A DNA stretch of 64,000 nt from Eledone cirrhosa (GCA_964016885.1 CAXHJY010000684.1:21308-85307), one strand, 5' to 3'; shown: positions 44,250 to 59,257, numbered from the stretch's first letter. Numbers and translations: made by a program. Notes: a model not told the origin generated them from the sequence alone.

Positions 44250-46270
44250 CATAAATTCGATTCTGTTCTGAGTTGTGTGAGTTGTTGCTGTTATAGTGTC
44301 GGATATTTATTATGTAAGGGTTTCATATTGGGTCTTATATAGTGTCTGCATTGTTATATTTGTTGGTGGTAATTTCCATTTGCATTGTATGTGATATGTC
44401 CAGAGAGTGACCTGTTTAAGTTATGCTATTGAGTTGAAAGTTTCTTGAGACAATTGCTGGCCGTGGTGGGCAGTGTAGAGATGTGAGCCTTGGTATGGTT
44501 TTTATGAATCTTTTCATGCCTATTGCTCAAATTACTATTGACACTGTTTCTATTTTCATATTCAACTTTCTATTCGTATCAATTTCCAGATCCTAGTATT
44601 TGACAGTATGTCCACTTCGTTTCAGTTAATGTTTTCATCAGAAGGGATTGAGATGTTTATCGAAGTAAAGATATTTTCATTTTAGCAATAGATAGTTATT
44701 ATGTCTGGATGGTTTTCCTTGCTTTATTTGTAATTTACCTGTCGCTAGAATGGTGCCACGTATCATATTTGATGCATGATTATAGTACTTATTCATCCTC
44801 ACATTGAACTGTCTATATATTACCTAGTTAACATAGCTGCCGATTCGATATGATGTGATCAGTCATTTCACCATTTTTATTGCATAGAATCCACTTACTA
44901 TAAGCATCTATTCTCTTTATTTTATTTTTGCAATTATTTGTATCTATGCAATGAATATAGACCGTTAAAATCAGTCCGCTTTCTGATTTTATCCAAACCG
45001 TTTTGACCCCTTGTTAACTTGCTTCCTGACTTACTTTCTGTTTGTGGAGTCTTGCTGGGTATTAGACATGAAGTTGTATTTCTTCTCCAGTTTTCCTTAA
45101 TTATAATGTATAATGTATTTCGTTTTATTCTAACAGTTTCAGTTCTTTTAAACTTCCATCGCTTTTTTGTATATAGAAGAACACTTTTTGTTTGTTTATT
45201 TGATTTTCCCATCAAACAAACAGTCTCACTTTGCATCTAAGTGATTATATACTATGACTATTGTTATATTTACGTCTTAGGTAGGTATATTCTATATAAC
45301 TGAAATGTGGAGTGATAGCTTCGCAATGTTGTCGAGAGTTTCCTGTTTTTTTCTGTCTAAACTCATAAATTCACTTAATTTTTAACTTATTACGTTCAAT
45401 TTGTAGTTTCTTACAAAATCTGGTGTATTTACACCTATTATAATATTTCTGAGATTTAGTTCAGCTTTTAGTATTATTTTAGTATTAGGCTACTTTTAGT
45501 ATTTCTGCTACGACTTTTCATTTCTCAGTCTCGTCTATTTCCAAGTATTTATATGGGTGTCCCTAGTCTAAGTCTCTCATTTCAACGCCTATGTATAAGT
45601 TAATAATTATTTCTACTTTTGGCACAAGGCCAGCAATTACCCCAGTGTATTACTAGTGCTTTATTTTATCGACCCCGTAAGGATGAAAGGCAAAGTTAAC
45701 CTCGACGGTATTTGAACTTAGATCAGAAAGGAGCATAACACTATGTTACAAAGCATGGCATCCGACCGTCTATCAATATTGCAAATCCACTGCAATAAGT
45801 TAATACTGTTAGCGAAATTGCCTCTTCATTTGGCACATTTGTCTAATTCCATACTCATTTATATGTCTTCATTGAATTTATTAGCAATGTTTTGTATGTT
45901 TTCTAATTAGGCGATGTCTTTTTTAAATACTTTCAATTCATCGTTTTACTGGAGATAGTGTATAGTTTGTCCGAACAACTGTAATAATTCGTGGCTTCCT
46001 CCAATAGATTTACTAATAAAGTCAGAAGAATGATGAATCAAACTCATAATGTTTCTCCCCCAAATATTCTTCTTCTTATAGGTAGAAAGTTGGTTTTAAG
46101 TTATCTTTTCTTTACATTTTAGTCATATAGTTGTTTTAACATGAACAGATATTGTATTTGAGCCTGTTCATTTGTATAGTGCCTACATTGTCCATGAGTG
46201 AGGTATACTGTCAATTGCTTTTCAGTAATTAATCTTAGACCATTGTAAAATGTGTTTAACTAAATTCGCT
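44250..46270 (-). mobile_element. Heavily decayed R4/Dong-like reverse transcriptase remnant, interrupted by a SINE
   Basis: Minus-strand motifs in the expected order: KFNEDI*MSMELDKCAK (~45830-45880), PYKYLG (~45540-45560), MKPLHNKY (~44300-44326); boundaries approximate. Confidence 0.55.
45606..45794 (-). mobile_element. SINE family A with 11-bp TSD
   Basis: TSD ATAAGTTAATA at 45595-45605 and 45795-45805. Confidence 0.9.
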
Positions 46271-46389
46271 CTCCTAAACAATGCAAGATCACTTTACATC
46301 CATACATCCATCTCACCTATCCTGTCTACTCACCCGGCAGTAACATAGTATTGCTCTCCGGGTGAGGAACCAAACCGTTGTTACCGTCA

Positions 46390-46700
46390 AAGTCAACTTT
46401 GCCTTTTATTGTAGCGGGATTGATAAATAATATAAAATACCAGTCAATTACTGGTATTGAATTAATCGACTTTCCACCGCCCTATAAAAAAAAATAGTGG
46501 CCATGTGCCTAAATTAGAAACCATCAACATCATAATCATCGTCGGTAGAATGTTAAATTCTGATTTCGAATCCAACCAAGGTTCACATTGCCTGTCATCC
46601 TTCTGGGGTTAATAAAATCAAGTACGAGTTAAGTACTGGTGTCAATATAATCGATTTTCCCTTCCCTCAAATAGCTGGTCATGTGCCAAAGTTTAAAAAA
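46390..46700 (+). mobile_element. Two old SINE A-related copies (long subfamily)
   Basis: Diverged cores with an extra AATCGA..TTCC segment before the GGCCATGTGCC-type tail. Confidence 0.65.
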
Positions 46701-46979
46701 GATCATTACTATCATAGTCTTATTTTTAGTACATTATCATCACTGCATTACCGAACTCAGCTCAGTGCGTATTGGGTATGCGCAGTGTTGTTTTTTTGGT
46801 GTTGATATTTCTATTGTATTGTGAGTACTCTTCCTAATATGTTTGCAGTGCCTAGTAGTGTTATTTTTTGTATGATGTATATGTTTGTATGTCCTGTGTA
46901 TGTTTTGGTTATATATCTGTGTGTGTTTTTTTTATCATTCTGAAAGGATTGTTTTTGTATTCATCATCTATATTTAGGG

Positions 46980-47031
<52 letters not shown>

Positions 47032-47086
47032 ACATCATCATCAACATCATCATCATCATCATCACCATTATCATTATCATCACAAT

Positions 47087-47134
<48 letters not shown>

Positions 47135-47146
47135 TATCACCACCAC

Positions 47147-47184
<38 letters not shown>

Positions 47185-47189
47185 CAATC

Positions 47190-47239
<50 letters not shown>

Positions 47240-47250
47240 TATCATCGTCA
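46980..47250. repeat. (CAT)n microsatellite
   Basis: Directly visible. Confidence 0.95.
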
Positions 47251-47854
47251 TTTCTATCTACTACTAAAATAATTAAATTTTCTATACAAGCAAATAAAGA
47301 TTTAAAAAATAAATAAATGAATAAATAAATAAATAAGAATAAAAATTTGATTACAAGTCTGAAGAACACCTTGTTATTAATATACAATTATTTTATTAAA
47401 CTAAAAAAAAAAAAAAAAAATGGGGAAAATAGAAATTAGTTATGTTACTTCAGAAGCGATAATTAAACCAACTTATCAATGGAAAAAAAAAAAATGCTAT
47501 TTACCTAACGATAGTGTTGATCATGATGATGATGATGGTGGTTAAACAGTCATCATTAGTACTTCTAACAATTAGTATTTTTTTAATTATTTTTATAATT
47601 TTTTTTAAATTGTCGTTTTCCCTTTTAATACTGTTGTTATTATCATAGTTGATGTTGTTTTAATTGTTGTTTTTATTGTTGTTGTTATTGTTATTGTTGT
47701 TATTATTATTATTATTATGATTATTATTATTATTATTGATGTTGTTGTTGTTTCTGTTGTTGTTGTTGTTACTTTCATTATCATCTGAAACGCATTTGAC
47801 AGTATACCGCACGTTTTCATAATGTAGGCACAATAAAAAATGAACTTTGTGGTA

Positions 47855-47991
47855 TAGAGTTACGTCCCTTTGCGTTTAAATCCCGCTAAGGTTAGATTTG
47901 CCATTCATCCTTACGAGGTAGATAAAATAATGCACTAGTAATACACTAGTAATCGACTTGGCCTTGTGCCTAAATCAGAAAACATTATGAA

Positions 47992-48077
<86 letters not shown>

Positions 48078-48180
48078 CTTCTTCTTCTTCTTCTTCTTCT
48101 TCTTCTTCTTCTTCTTCTTCTTCTTCTTCTTCTTCTTCTTCTTCTTCTTCTTCTTCTTCTTCTTCTTCTTCTTCTTCTTT
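47855..48180 (+). mobile_element. Diverged SINE A fragment followed by (TAC)n and (TTC)n tracts
   Basis: Core and tail similarity, then pure triplet repeats. Confidence 0.7.
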
Positions 48181-48483
48181 ATTTGATTATCGACAAGACA
48201 GTCTTGGGATATTGTAAAAAAAAAACGACCACACATGTCTATGGGTTGGATTGACTTTTAGAAAGCATATCAAATGGTGTCTTATACTTGGATTATTGAA
48301 TGCCTGCAGATGTTTGTTATTGCTGACATGTTGCCCGACGTTCTACTGATATTGCCAATTAATAATAATATTATTATTATTATTCTGCTTAGAGATATTG
48401 TTATCAATATTAATATCATTGTAATTATCTAAAAAAATCTTTATGAAGACACCGCATGAAATGAAATTAAAAATTAAACTGAG

Positions 48484-48817
<334 letters not shown>

Positions 48818-49947
48818 TGTGTGTGTCTATCTATGTGTTTGGATGTACGTGTGGATTCGGGTCGTCTATGTGGTATGTGTTTGTTGTATTGTATAAAAGA
48901 AAGATGGATAGAAAGTTTATGCGTAATACATCAATATATATCGTCCCGTTGACATATTCATGCATATTTTGGAGGATATATAAGAGCATCATCTTCAATG
49001 TTGAACACTCTTCCCTCCCTTAAATATACTGATATTTATTTTGTCGTGGTTCCTGCTGACAGATTTAAGGATATTGTGTCATGTGAACTGAAAAGTTATT
49101 CAAACTATATCTTTATAAATCAACCATAGGTCCTTCTATTGAGTAGTGTTGACACATCTGATCTGGTGCTTCTGTCGTGAATCTTGAGAATCTAGATATG
49201 CTCTAAAGAACAATTACCAGCATTATTTGTCATGACATACCATGTCAGCTTCAATTACTATGCAACCATCGAAATGTTGCATCTTTTTGTCTCATTTTTA
49301 TAAATATTTTCATGGGACTTGTTTTGATGAGCTTTCCTATTTGTTGCCTCGTCATCGGAGCGCTAGATTACTAGATCTAATCCCTTTACAGTTGAAGTTT
49401 ATAAATGCAATATAAATTCTATTCTAATAGTTTTGCAATCAGACTGGATCTTTGGCTTTGAGAATACATTTCTCTCACCCACCACTTTCAGCTTCCCTGT
49501 ATAATATCAAGAACACTGCACGTCATTCACTTTCATAACAGTAGAAAAATGTCATAGTGGATTTTCTCCTAGTAACTGTTTTAATGAATCTTCGAAAACC
49601 ACAACATAATTCTATAATCTTTAAGTGAATGCTGTTTTGTTGACTATCCTTAATTTCAGACATTCTGTTTATTTTGTATACATAATCAAACTAACATGAT
49701 TAATACAACGACCAACGATCTTCCCATAAAATCACACTGCTATTGTGAGATCATTTGTTACACACACAACAGAACAAGTATCCAGTTTTGATTTGTATAT
49801 TTGTAGAAATAATAATGGATTATTTAAGAAACAAATTACTGATTGGCTGATTGACTGAAAATTTATAAATCTATCTAGATTAATCATGAGTACATTTAAA
49901 TATATACATGTATACAAGTATATATATATATATATATATATATATCT

Positions 49948-50197
49948 AAGTCTAAAGTCTGTCCCAAGCCCGGAGGCTAATGAGGCCGGTGCTTATCCCG
50001 GTATCCATGGCGTTAAGTGACTGAGAGTGCAATACTCCCCCCCCCCCCCCCTGGGCAGAGCACCAGTCCATCGCAGGGTTAACCTCCCAGCTATTACTGG
50101 TACTCATTTTCAGTTGATTATACTGCAGGAACGTGAAATAAAGTGTTTTGCTCAAGAACGCAACACACAATACCGTCTAGGAATTGAACCCACGACG
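49948..50197 (-). mobile_element. SINE family B, 5'-truncated
   Basis: Homologous to 6524-6805. Confidence 0.8.
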
Positions 50198-50354
50198 TTA
50201 TATATATATATATATATATATGTAGAAGTTATATTTAATTTGTTGGAATTCCGACAAACATAAATGTTTATAACTGATATAGAGCATTCAACAGTTTACT
50301 GGAGTAAATGTTCAATATATTAATAAATGGAAACTATATTTATAAAACCATATT

Positions 50355-50419
50355 TATTTTATTATATATATTTCAAGGGCGACCAAGCTCATCTTGGTGC
50401 GCTTTCATCAGATAAAATA
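50355..50419 (-). ncRNA. Type-I hammerhead ribozyme motif
   Basis: TATTTTAT-CTGATGA-AAGCGCACCAAG(ATGAG)CTTGGTCGCCCTT-GAAA-TATATA-TA-ATAAAATA: 8-bp stem I, long stem II, palindromic stem III. Confidence 0.7.
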
Positions 50420-50532
50420 CAAAATTTGTTTTATAGATAATGACATACCCATGGAAATCAACCTATCCAGCGAATTTCCGACCGTTAAGGTTGATTTCCA
50501 TGGGTATGTCGTTTTTTATAAAACAAATTTTG

Positions 50533-50597
50533 TATTTTATCTGATGAACGCGCACCAAGATTGGCTTGGTGGCCCTTGAAATTTATATAATAAAATA
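50533..50597 (+). ncRNA. Type-I hammerhead ribozyme motif (mirror copy)
   Basis: TATTTTAT-CTGATGA-ACGCGCACCAAG(ATTGG)CTTGGTGGCCCTT-GAAA-TTTATA-TA-ATAAAATA. Confidence 0.62.
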
Positions 50598-50762
50598 AAT
50601 ATGGTTTTATAAATATAGTTTCCATTTATTAATATCTTGGTATATATATATACAAATTTTAGTACAGCATTAACGAAGCTTTAGGTTACGGCTAAGTTAA
50701 CGAATGCAAATCCTGTATATAGCACACGATAGGGAAATATATATATATATTTATATATTGTC

Positions 50763-50940
50763 GGATTGGCAGTATCGGTAGAGGGTCGGACGCCATGCTT
50801 TCCAGCATAGTTACGTCCCTTTACGATCTGAGTTCAAATCCCGCCGAGGTTGACTTTGTCTTTCATCCTTACGGGGTCGATAAAATAAAGTACCAGTAAT
50901 GTACTGGGTAATTGCTGGCCTTGTGCCTAAAGTAGAAACA
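50763..50940 (+). mobile_element. SINE family A, near full length
   Basis: Near-consensus copy; TATATTTATATA on both sides is a probable TSD. Confidence 0.92.
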
Positions 50941-51020
50941 TATATTTATATATAATAGATTTTTCCGTCGTATATGGAGGTATGAGGCTCCTCAGTTCAT
51001 CTTTCGTTTTATGCCTATGC

Positions 51021-51112
<92 letters not shown>

Positions 51113-51793
51113 CACACAGGAGAGAGAGAAAGAGAGTGAGAGAAAGAGAGAGAGAGAGAGCGGGAGGAGGCAGAGGTGTGAGAAGGGGAGAGATGAGATG
51201 AGAGACAAACAGAAAAATGAACACGAATATTACATTGAATGATAAATGTGTATCGCCTGAAATGAATAAGAGCTTTTTTTTTTTTTTACGATAAGGTTCA
51301 TGTTCACTTGTTTACGACGTAGTTTTGTTTTTATTAATGTAACTGTTTATGTATCACACTTAATGTTCACAAATGTTTTATATCCTAATGGTGGAGAATA
51401 ATCTGAGCTACAAAATAAGAAATTCATATCATGTTTGAAGAGAAACGAAATGAATCTCTGTAACAGTAGTCATTTAGTCATTTCATTTAAGAAATGATGC
51501 TGATTAATAAAAAGAAAATTTTGAAAATAAAACTCTATTCAAAATATATATATATATACATCTTAAGGAAAAAAAAAAATCTAAAACAAGTAAACAAGAA
51601 AGATCTATCGTCTGTCTCAGTGGAATTGATTTATTTCTGTCCTAATCAAACAACTAATCACTATAATCAACCACATAGTTAATCTACCAGACACATCACT
51701 AGATTTATCAAACTGTCAGTCTTTCAATCTATACTATCGTTTTATCTGTTTATATTCTATTCTTTTTTTGTTTGCTTCTCCTCTTTCTCTCTT

Positions 51794-51867
<74 letters not shown>

Positions 51868-52051
51868 ATATATATATATATATATATTAGAGGGAGTGAG
51901 AGAGAGAGAGAGAGAGAGGAGAAGCAAAAAAAAGAAGAAAGAATAGAATATAATATATGCATATATATGTATATATATAATATATATATATATTCAAGGT
52001 GAATATATATATATATATATATATTCATCTTGAATATATATATTTTCAAGG

Positions 52052-52107
<56 letters not shown>

Positions 52108-52220
52108 CACATACATACATATATATATACACATACATACATAGATGTTTCGGCGCTTAATACAGGACATCAAAAGCGATCTGCCGCGCGCCCAAGGGCT
52201 TGTGTTTGTGTGTGTGTGGT

Positions 52221-52253
<33 letters not shown>

Positions 52254-52295
52254 AAGGGAGAGAGAGAAAGAGAGAGAGAGAAAGAGAGAGACAGA

Positions 52296-52427
52296 GAGAG
52301 AGAGAGAATGAAACAGTTCTAGTCCTGTAGAAGTCATTTTTATGTATATATATATATATACATATACATACAAATGGCTTCTACAGGACTAGAACGGTTT
52401 CATTCTCTCTCTCTTTCTCTCTCCCTT

Positions 52428-52459
<32 letters not shown>

Positions 52460-52480
52460 ACTGTAGAAGCCATTTGTATA
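52296..52480. repeat. Triple alternating-orientation duplication around (TA)n
   Basis: GAATGAAACAGTTCTAGTCCTGTAGAAGTCATTT, then AAATGGCTTCTACAGGACTAGAACGGTTTCATTC, then CTGTAGAAGCCATTTGTA. Confidence 0.85.
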
Positions 52481-52499
52481 TATATATATATATACATAC

Positions 52500-52562
<63 letters not shown>

Positions 52563-52577
52563 CATATATATACATAC

Positions 52578-52642
<65 letters not shown>

Positions 52643-52657
52643 CATATATATACATAC

Positions 52658-52689
<32 letters not shown>

Positions 52690-52704
52690 TATGACAGTAA
52701 AACA

Positions 52705-52772
<68 letters not shown>

Positions 52773-52915
52773 GCTATGGTATTATATAGGTACAATAGTT
52801 TCTTTGGCCATTTCAATGTTATACAAGGTCATCAGCACATTACCTAATTAGTGTAAAAAATATTCATGTATTATTTTGGATATCCTTTGCCATATAGTTA
52901 TATATCTTGTTAAAT

Positions 52916-53033
52916 TTCTTCTTCTTCTTCTTCTTCTTCTTCTTCTTCTTCTTCTTCTTCTTCTTCTTCTTCTTCTTCTTCTTCTTCTTCTTCTTCTTCT
53001 TCTTCTTCTTCTTCTTCTTCTTCTTCTTCTTCT
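52916..53033. repeat. (CTT)n microsatellite
   Basis: Directly visible. Confidence 0.97.
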
Positions 53034-56000
53034 ACCTCACATATATCAGCCCTTATCATACGCCTTAGCTCTTCTTTACAATAAAAACAGACACACATGT
53101 AAAGGCGAAACCAATTATTGTGGCCATTTCAGGAAGAAGCCTTTTCTATAGCAATAAGATTTTAACAAGAATAAGCAAACACTGAGTTTGTGAGGCAATG
53201 ATATTCATAAGAATAACTGAATAATAACTTTACCCATGATTGTAATAAGCAGCTACCTTTTTACATCCATTGTGTATGAAAAGTTACACTTTTAATCACA
53301 ACACTTTAATCACACAATTATTTTTTTTCTTGATAAACGATTAAATATGATGTTAAGACAAACAGACCGTTAGTCAGTCGTATAGAGACAGACAGTTTAT
53401 AAAGATATAAGGTAGACAGCTAGATAGTTAGACACATCAGTCAATCAGTCAGACAAACAGACAGACAGCTTAAGTTGCTCGCAATGACACGGCTCTTACA
53501 TGCAGCAGGAAGTTACCATGTTCTTCAATATATACTTATATCAATTTAAGTGCAAAATTGATTGAGTGGGAGGCAGCCGATTTAGTTGGTAGCAGTGACA
53601 GGTTGTGGCAGCGGCGGCGGTGGTGGTGGTGGTGGATGGTGGTGTAGGTAATGGTAATGGTGGTGATTGTAAGGGTGTTAGGGTCTGTGGTAGTGGTGGT
53701 AGTGGTGGTAGTAATGGGGTCAATGCTTACTGGTTGTAGTTGTAGTGGTGGTTTTAAAAATGGCGCTAATGGCGGTTGTGAGAGTGGTATAGGTTGTAAT
53801 GGTGTTGGTGGTTGTAGTAGTGCCAATGGTTGTAGTGGTGATTGTAATGGTAGATGTAGCGGTTGTTGTAATGGTTGTTGTGGTTGTAGTTGTTGCTGTT
53901 AGTTGTAGTGGTAGCGATGTTTTGTGAAATTAACGGCCTTTGCTAATGCTGTTTGAAGATAGTTATGGTAGTGGGGAATTTAGTTTTCTTCGTGACGCTG
54001 TTGTTGTTGATGTGGTAATGGTGTTTGTAGGGATGGTGATGTTGGTGATAGAGAATTAAAGATGTGTTTGCTATTAAAGTTATTGTATTTGTTGTTTTGT
54101 GTTAAGGGTGGTGGTTGTAGTAGGAATTAAGGTGCTGGTGGTGGGAAGTTAGGATGTGGGTTCTTGGGAATTTTATTGTTTGACTGATTCCATTGTTGTT
54201 GACGTGCTATTGGTGTTGATAGTGATGGTGTTAGGAAATTAAAGAAGTTGATTCTAGTGTTTGTTTTGTTTTATTGAGGTTGTTGGTGGCGTTGTGTTGG
54301 TCGTGTTGGTAATGGCTGCAGGTTGAAGGCGGCTTCTTTCATTTCTAGTAATCCCGTTCATTCTTTGTACTTGAGTATCACCTCATTCTTCCGTGCAATG
54401 ATGTGTTAGTTGAGACGGTGGTGGCGGCGATTGTAGTGGAGGTGGTGATGACGAACGGAAGCACTGAGTTGATGTTTCTTAAATGTTGTCTGGTTACTGA
54501 TGTTACTGTTGTTGTAAGTATGGTTGTTGTTGTTGACATCGTTATCGGTTCTAGTGATAGTGGTGGAGGTGATTAGAGTTAAGTCGTGTGATGATGTTGG
54601 TGATGTTAATGTTAGATTAACTATTTATAATTAAGGATAAGCACATGATTTACTTTACTTCATTTATATTGGGTAGGGCAAGAACATCCTAAATCTCATT
54701 TTACAATACATACATTTTGTCAGAAAGCATCTAACGTTCATTTTAGAGAAGAAATGCGATTAATTTATATACTTCCTTTTCTTAAGTACATTAGAGATTT
54801 AAGTGAAATGAAATGAAATGAAATGAGATGGCTGCAAACAGCAATAATAATTATTATAGTTCATACACTATACTCAACACATAAAATGTGTGTTAATGTA
54901 ATAATTTATTAAAATTGGTTTCCTTCAATAGGTACCGTGCATTCTCACTGGGTGGGAAGATCCTGCGAAATCCTATTTTTGTTAGCTGTGTATACTTATT
55001 CATTATTTATTTATTTATTGTGGGTGGTAGGATTGGAGGAAAGGATAGTTCTCGTAGTCATCATAGCCCCTCTTTCCTCCAAGACCCCCGTAAATTAATT
55101 GGAATTGTTCAAACGAAGAATCGAAACAGTATTGGAGGCTTGGATTGCCAGAAGATTAACTTTAGATTATGTTACCAATTGGTTATATTTTATTAGACAC
55201 AGGCAAATGTTTATATGCGACGGTATATTTGTGGTTCCTTTCTTATTAATCTTAATAAACTAATATCATTAAATGTAACCTTCAGGCTTTAATTGACAGG
55301 CATGGAAAAAATAATCACACTATTGCATTAATTAGAAATACAAAAGCAAAACTTGGAGTAGTATAAAGTAACAAAAAGAAAGAATGGTTTAAACGTTTAG
55401 CTTATATTTCATGATATTCGACTTTATGATTTCATTTTCAAAAGAAAAAAATGAAGTCTGGTGTTAACAGACAGACTCATATATATGATTATGAATGCGT
55501 GTATGTGCGCTTATATGTATATATCTATTATGTATACACACACACATGCACACACAAATACAAACATACACACATATACACACACACATATGCACATATA
55601 TATGTATATATATGCATATATACATATATATATGTGTGTGTATGAGTGTGTATGTGTGTGTATGCGCGTATGTTTGTATTTGTGTCTGTATGTGTGTGTA
55701 CATTATATATATATATACGAAGACGTACACTTTAGTGCACATGAATTTATAAATTTTAAAATCAAATTAACAATATAATATAATGATTAGTATATGAGCT
55801 GACTAATGGAACGTCTGTCTTGGCATGATTGAATAGAGTAATAGTAAAAATAAAAGATTATTGGTACGCCGTGAGGGGAAGACATATTTAACGTTCCAGC
55901 AGATTGCACTTTCAATTAAGAGGCGGTGCTTTAAAGGCAGGGGGTTCTCCTCGCTCCCGGTACACTAAAATACTTAGTTTCTTTTATTTTTACGCAATTA

Positions 56001-56209
56001 TCAAATATGCTTTAAGATACAAAAACATTGATGGCATATTCCAGGATTTGAGAAACATAATTTTACTGTTATACAATCACCAAGAAAGTATTACTTAGAA
56101 ACATTTATTTTAAACATGCATATTGACAAATACATATATGGGTATAAATATAATTGTCCCCTCTCTCTCTTTCTCTCTTTCTATCTATCTATCTATATCA
56201 ATATCTACT

Positions 56210-56305
<96 letters not shown>

Positions 56306-56717
56306 GGGGATTCGTGCGTAACATATAATTACTGATAGCTCACCAGTTTGAGTACTGAATGATAATATTCGGGTCCGGTTAAAGATGTTTGATATTTCAC
56401 GGTGGTCAGCATTCTTAAGAAGTAAAATTATAATTATAAAAGAATGATGAGCTATCGATTCCAAAGTTGGCGCGATCCCCACCGATCTAACATTGACCCC
56501 TGGTCGCTGGTCACTGTCTTCTGTGGCATTTTTGCTCATTACTGTCATTACGGCTGTTCCATCGATGATATACATATATATATATTGTTGTAAAAACCAA
56601 AATATCCATTGGGTAAGAAGACTCTGTCGGTGGAACAAGTTATGTACAATCGGCTATTTAACCATGGCATTTGGCAAATAGTCCAGTTTCGTTGAGCTTA
56701 TACCAGCTCATTATATC

Positions 56718-56905
56718 CGCTGGATTGGCAGTATCGGTAGAGAGTCGGACATCATGCTTTCCAGCATAGTTACGTCCCTTTACAGTATGAGTTCTAATCC
56801 CGTTGAGGTTAACTTTACCTTTCTTCCTTACGGGGTCGATAACATAAAGTACCAGTAATTCAGTGGGATAATTGCTGGCCTTATGCCAGAAGTAGAAACA
56901 ATTAT
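56718..56905 (+). mobile_element. SINE family A, diverged full-length copy
   Basis: Head, core and tail recognisable. Confidence 0.88.
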
Positions 56906-57015
56906 TTCATATTGTTAATTGGTATAAGTTAATTGGAATGTGTTTGTATAGGGCCATCGAAACTCGTGTATTTGCCTGATTGTGTGTGTGTTTCTATATC
57001 TATCTATATATATAC

Positions 57016-57098
<83 letters not shown>

Positions 57099-57361
57099 TA
57101 ATAATAAATTTAGAGACTTTGCTTAAACTTTAAACTGTTATTTTAATAATTATATATATACATATACAAACACACACACACACATACGCACACACACACA
57201 CATATATAATATTTGTATATATATATTGTCTTTAAAGCTTTGAAATATCCGAGACTCTTAGTAGGCAACTGATGAGGAACACCGGCCCCACCCCACGTTC
57301 TTGCTTTCTTCTCATTCTCATTCCTATTTTTAACTAGCAACTACATAGCCACCCTATACTC

Positions 57362-57416
<55 letters not shown>

Positions 57417-57696
57417 GTATATATTTGTGTATATATATTTATATATTTATATATATATATATACATATGTATATACATGCATACATACACACTCAAATGC
57501 ACACAAAGAAACAGAATATAACATTTTTAACTGGCAACTACACAACCACCTATTCTCCACACACACCCATATATATATATATATATATATATTGGATTAA
57601 ATGCTCTGAAATAGCGATATATATGTGAAGATAGACATAGAATATTCGAAAATATAAGTCTCTAGCTGTGTCATTCTCGATAAAAGCACTGGATAT

Positions 57697-57739
57697 GTAA
57701 TCCTGAAGATTTCTAATAAGAATGAAACGCGTAGGTTAC
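57697..57739 (+). ncRNA. Minimal type-I hammerhead ribozyme motif
   Basis: GTAATC-CTGAAGA-T-TTCT(AATA)AGAA-T-GAAA-CGCG-TA-GGTTAC: 6-bp stem I, palindromic CGCG; closed by an outer 15-bp helix 57674-57688/57746-57760; the base of stem II is a T-T mismatch. Confidence 0.68.
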
Positions 57740-58320
57740 TTCCCTTGCTTTTATCGAGAATCTAATTGTAATACGTGACGTATTCTATTCTATAGCGATT
57801 AGGTCTTCAAAATGTTTATTATAAACATACAGAATATTTTCGAATATTCTGTCTATCTTCACATATATATATATATATATATATACATATGTATATAGAC
57901 ATGCATACATACACACACAAATGCACACAAAGAAACAAAATAGAATATTTTTAATTTCTGTCCTACGTTCCCCTAAACAAGTAAAATAATACGACAAAGA
58001 GTTCAATTAAAAGGAAAAAAAACAAAACATCCCAATGAAGAATAAACAGTTTATTGTCATTAAATTATCTAATCACATTTGACCAATCTGACTTTTTCTC
58101 CGGTAATCAGAAAAGTAGCAAAACCGTCATGGCCGCCATTATTGTATAGATATTGTTTACTTTGAGAAAAACAAAAGAAATGAATGAATCAAGCATCGAA
58201 TACATTTGATATGCGTTTGCTACTGGATTACTGGAAGGAAGAAAATATAGACAGTGCATATATACATATATGTATATATGTATATATATCTATATATACA
58301 TACATATATACATATATGTA

Positions 58321-58452
<132 letters not shown>

Positions 58453-58616
58453 TGGTTGGGTATTATTCTTTTTGTAAATAGAGATATGGAGTGAAAGGAC
58501 ACAAAACACAAGAAATATAAATTTATGATTTATTTCAAAATATTTTGAATAGAAATAAATTTTAAAAAATTAGACCACAACAAATCAAATTTAGAAGAAC
58601 GGCGAAGAATTCAGTA

Positions 58617-58714
<98 letters not shown>

Positions 58715-58772
58715 TATATAAATACAAACGTTATCTCATTTATCTAACTTCCCATCTCTCTCTCTCTATCGG

Positions 58773-58854
<82 letters not shown>

Positions 58855-59257
58855 TTTATTATTACTACATATATATGTATATATTTATATATTTTTATAT
58901 ATATACATAATATTCTATATATATATATATATATATACATATATATATGTATATGTATGTATATGAATACATACATCTAATCACGTTTGCGTTACATCAT
59001 GCATGCCACGTCACAGCTGGAAATCTAACTTGAAATGATAAAATATAGACTTGGGTGACTTTACATTTATAACCTCATCAAAGTAAAATTAAAAATAAAC
59101 ATTCCAAAAACAATAATTATAATAAAAACAATAATAATAAATAACAACAACAACAGCGACAATAATAATAACAGCACCACCAAATGACAACAACAATAAG
59201 TGAGGATTTCAATGATAGCAGCAATGATGAAAATGATAATGAATTTGATGTAAGGAT

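Larger units (their letters stand above)
50317..50635. repeat. Inverted repeat, ~148-bp arms (50317-50464 and 50488-50635)
   Basis: Arms mirror each other with several substitutions; each carries a hammerhead motif. Confidence 0.93.

Noticed and set aside
53536-54600. Mucin-like Thr/Pro-rich exon on the minus strand
   Set aside because: Frequent stop codons; best explained as a decayed (GGT/GTT)n low-complexity tract.
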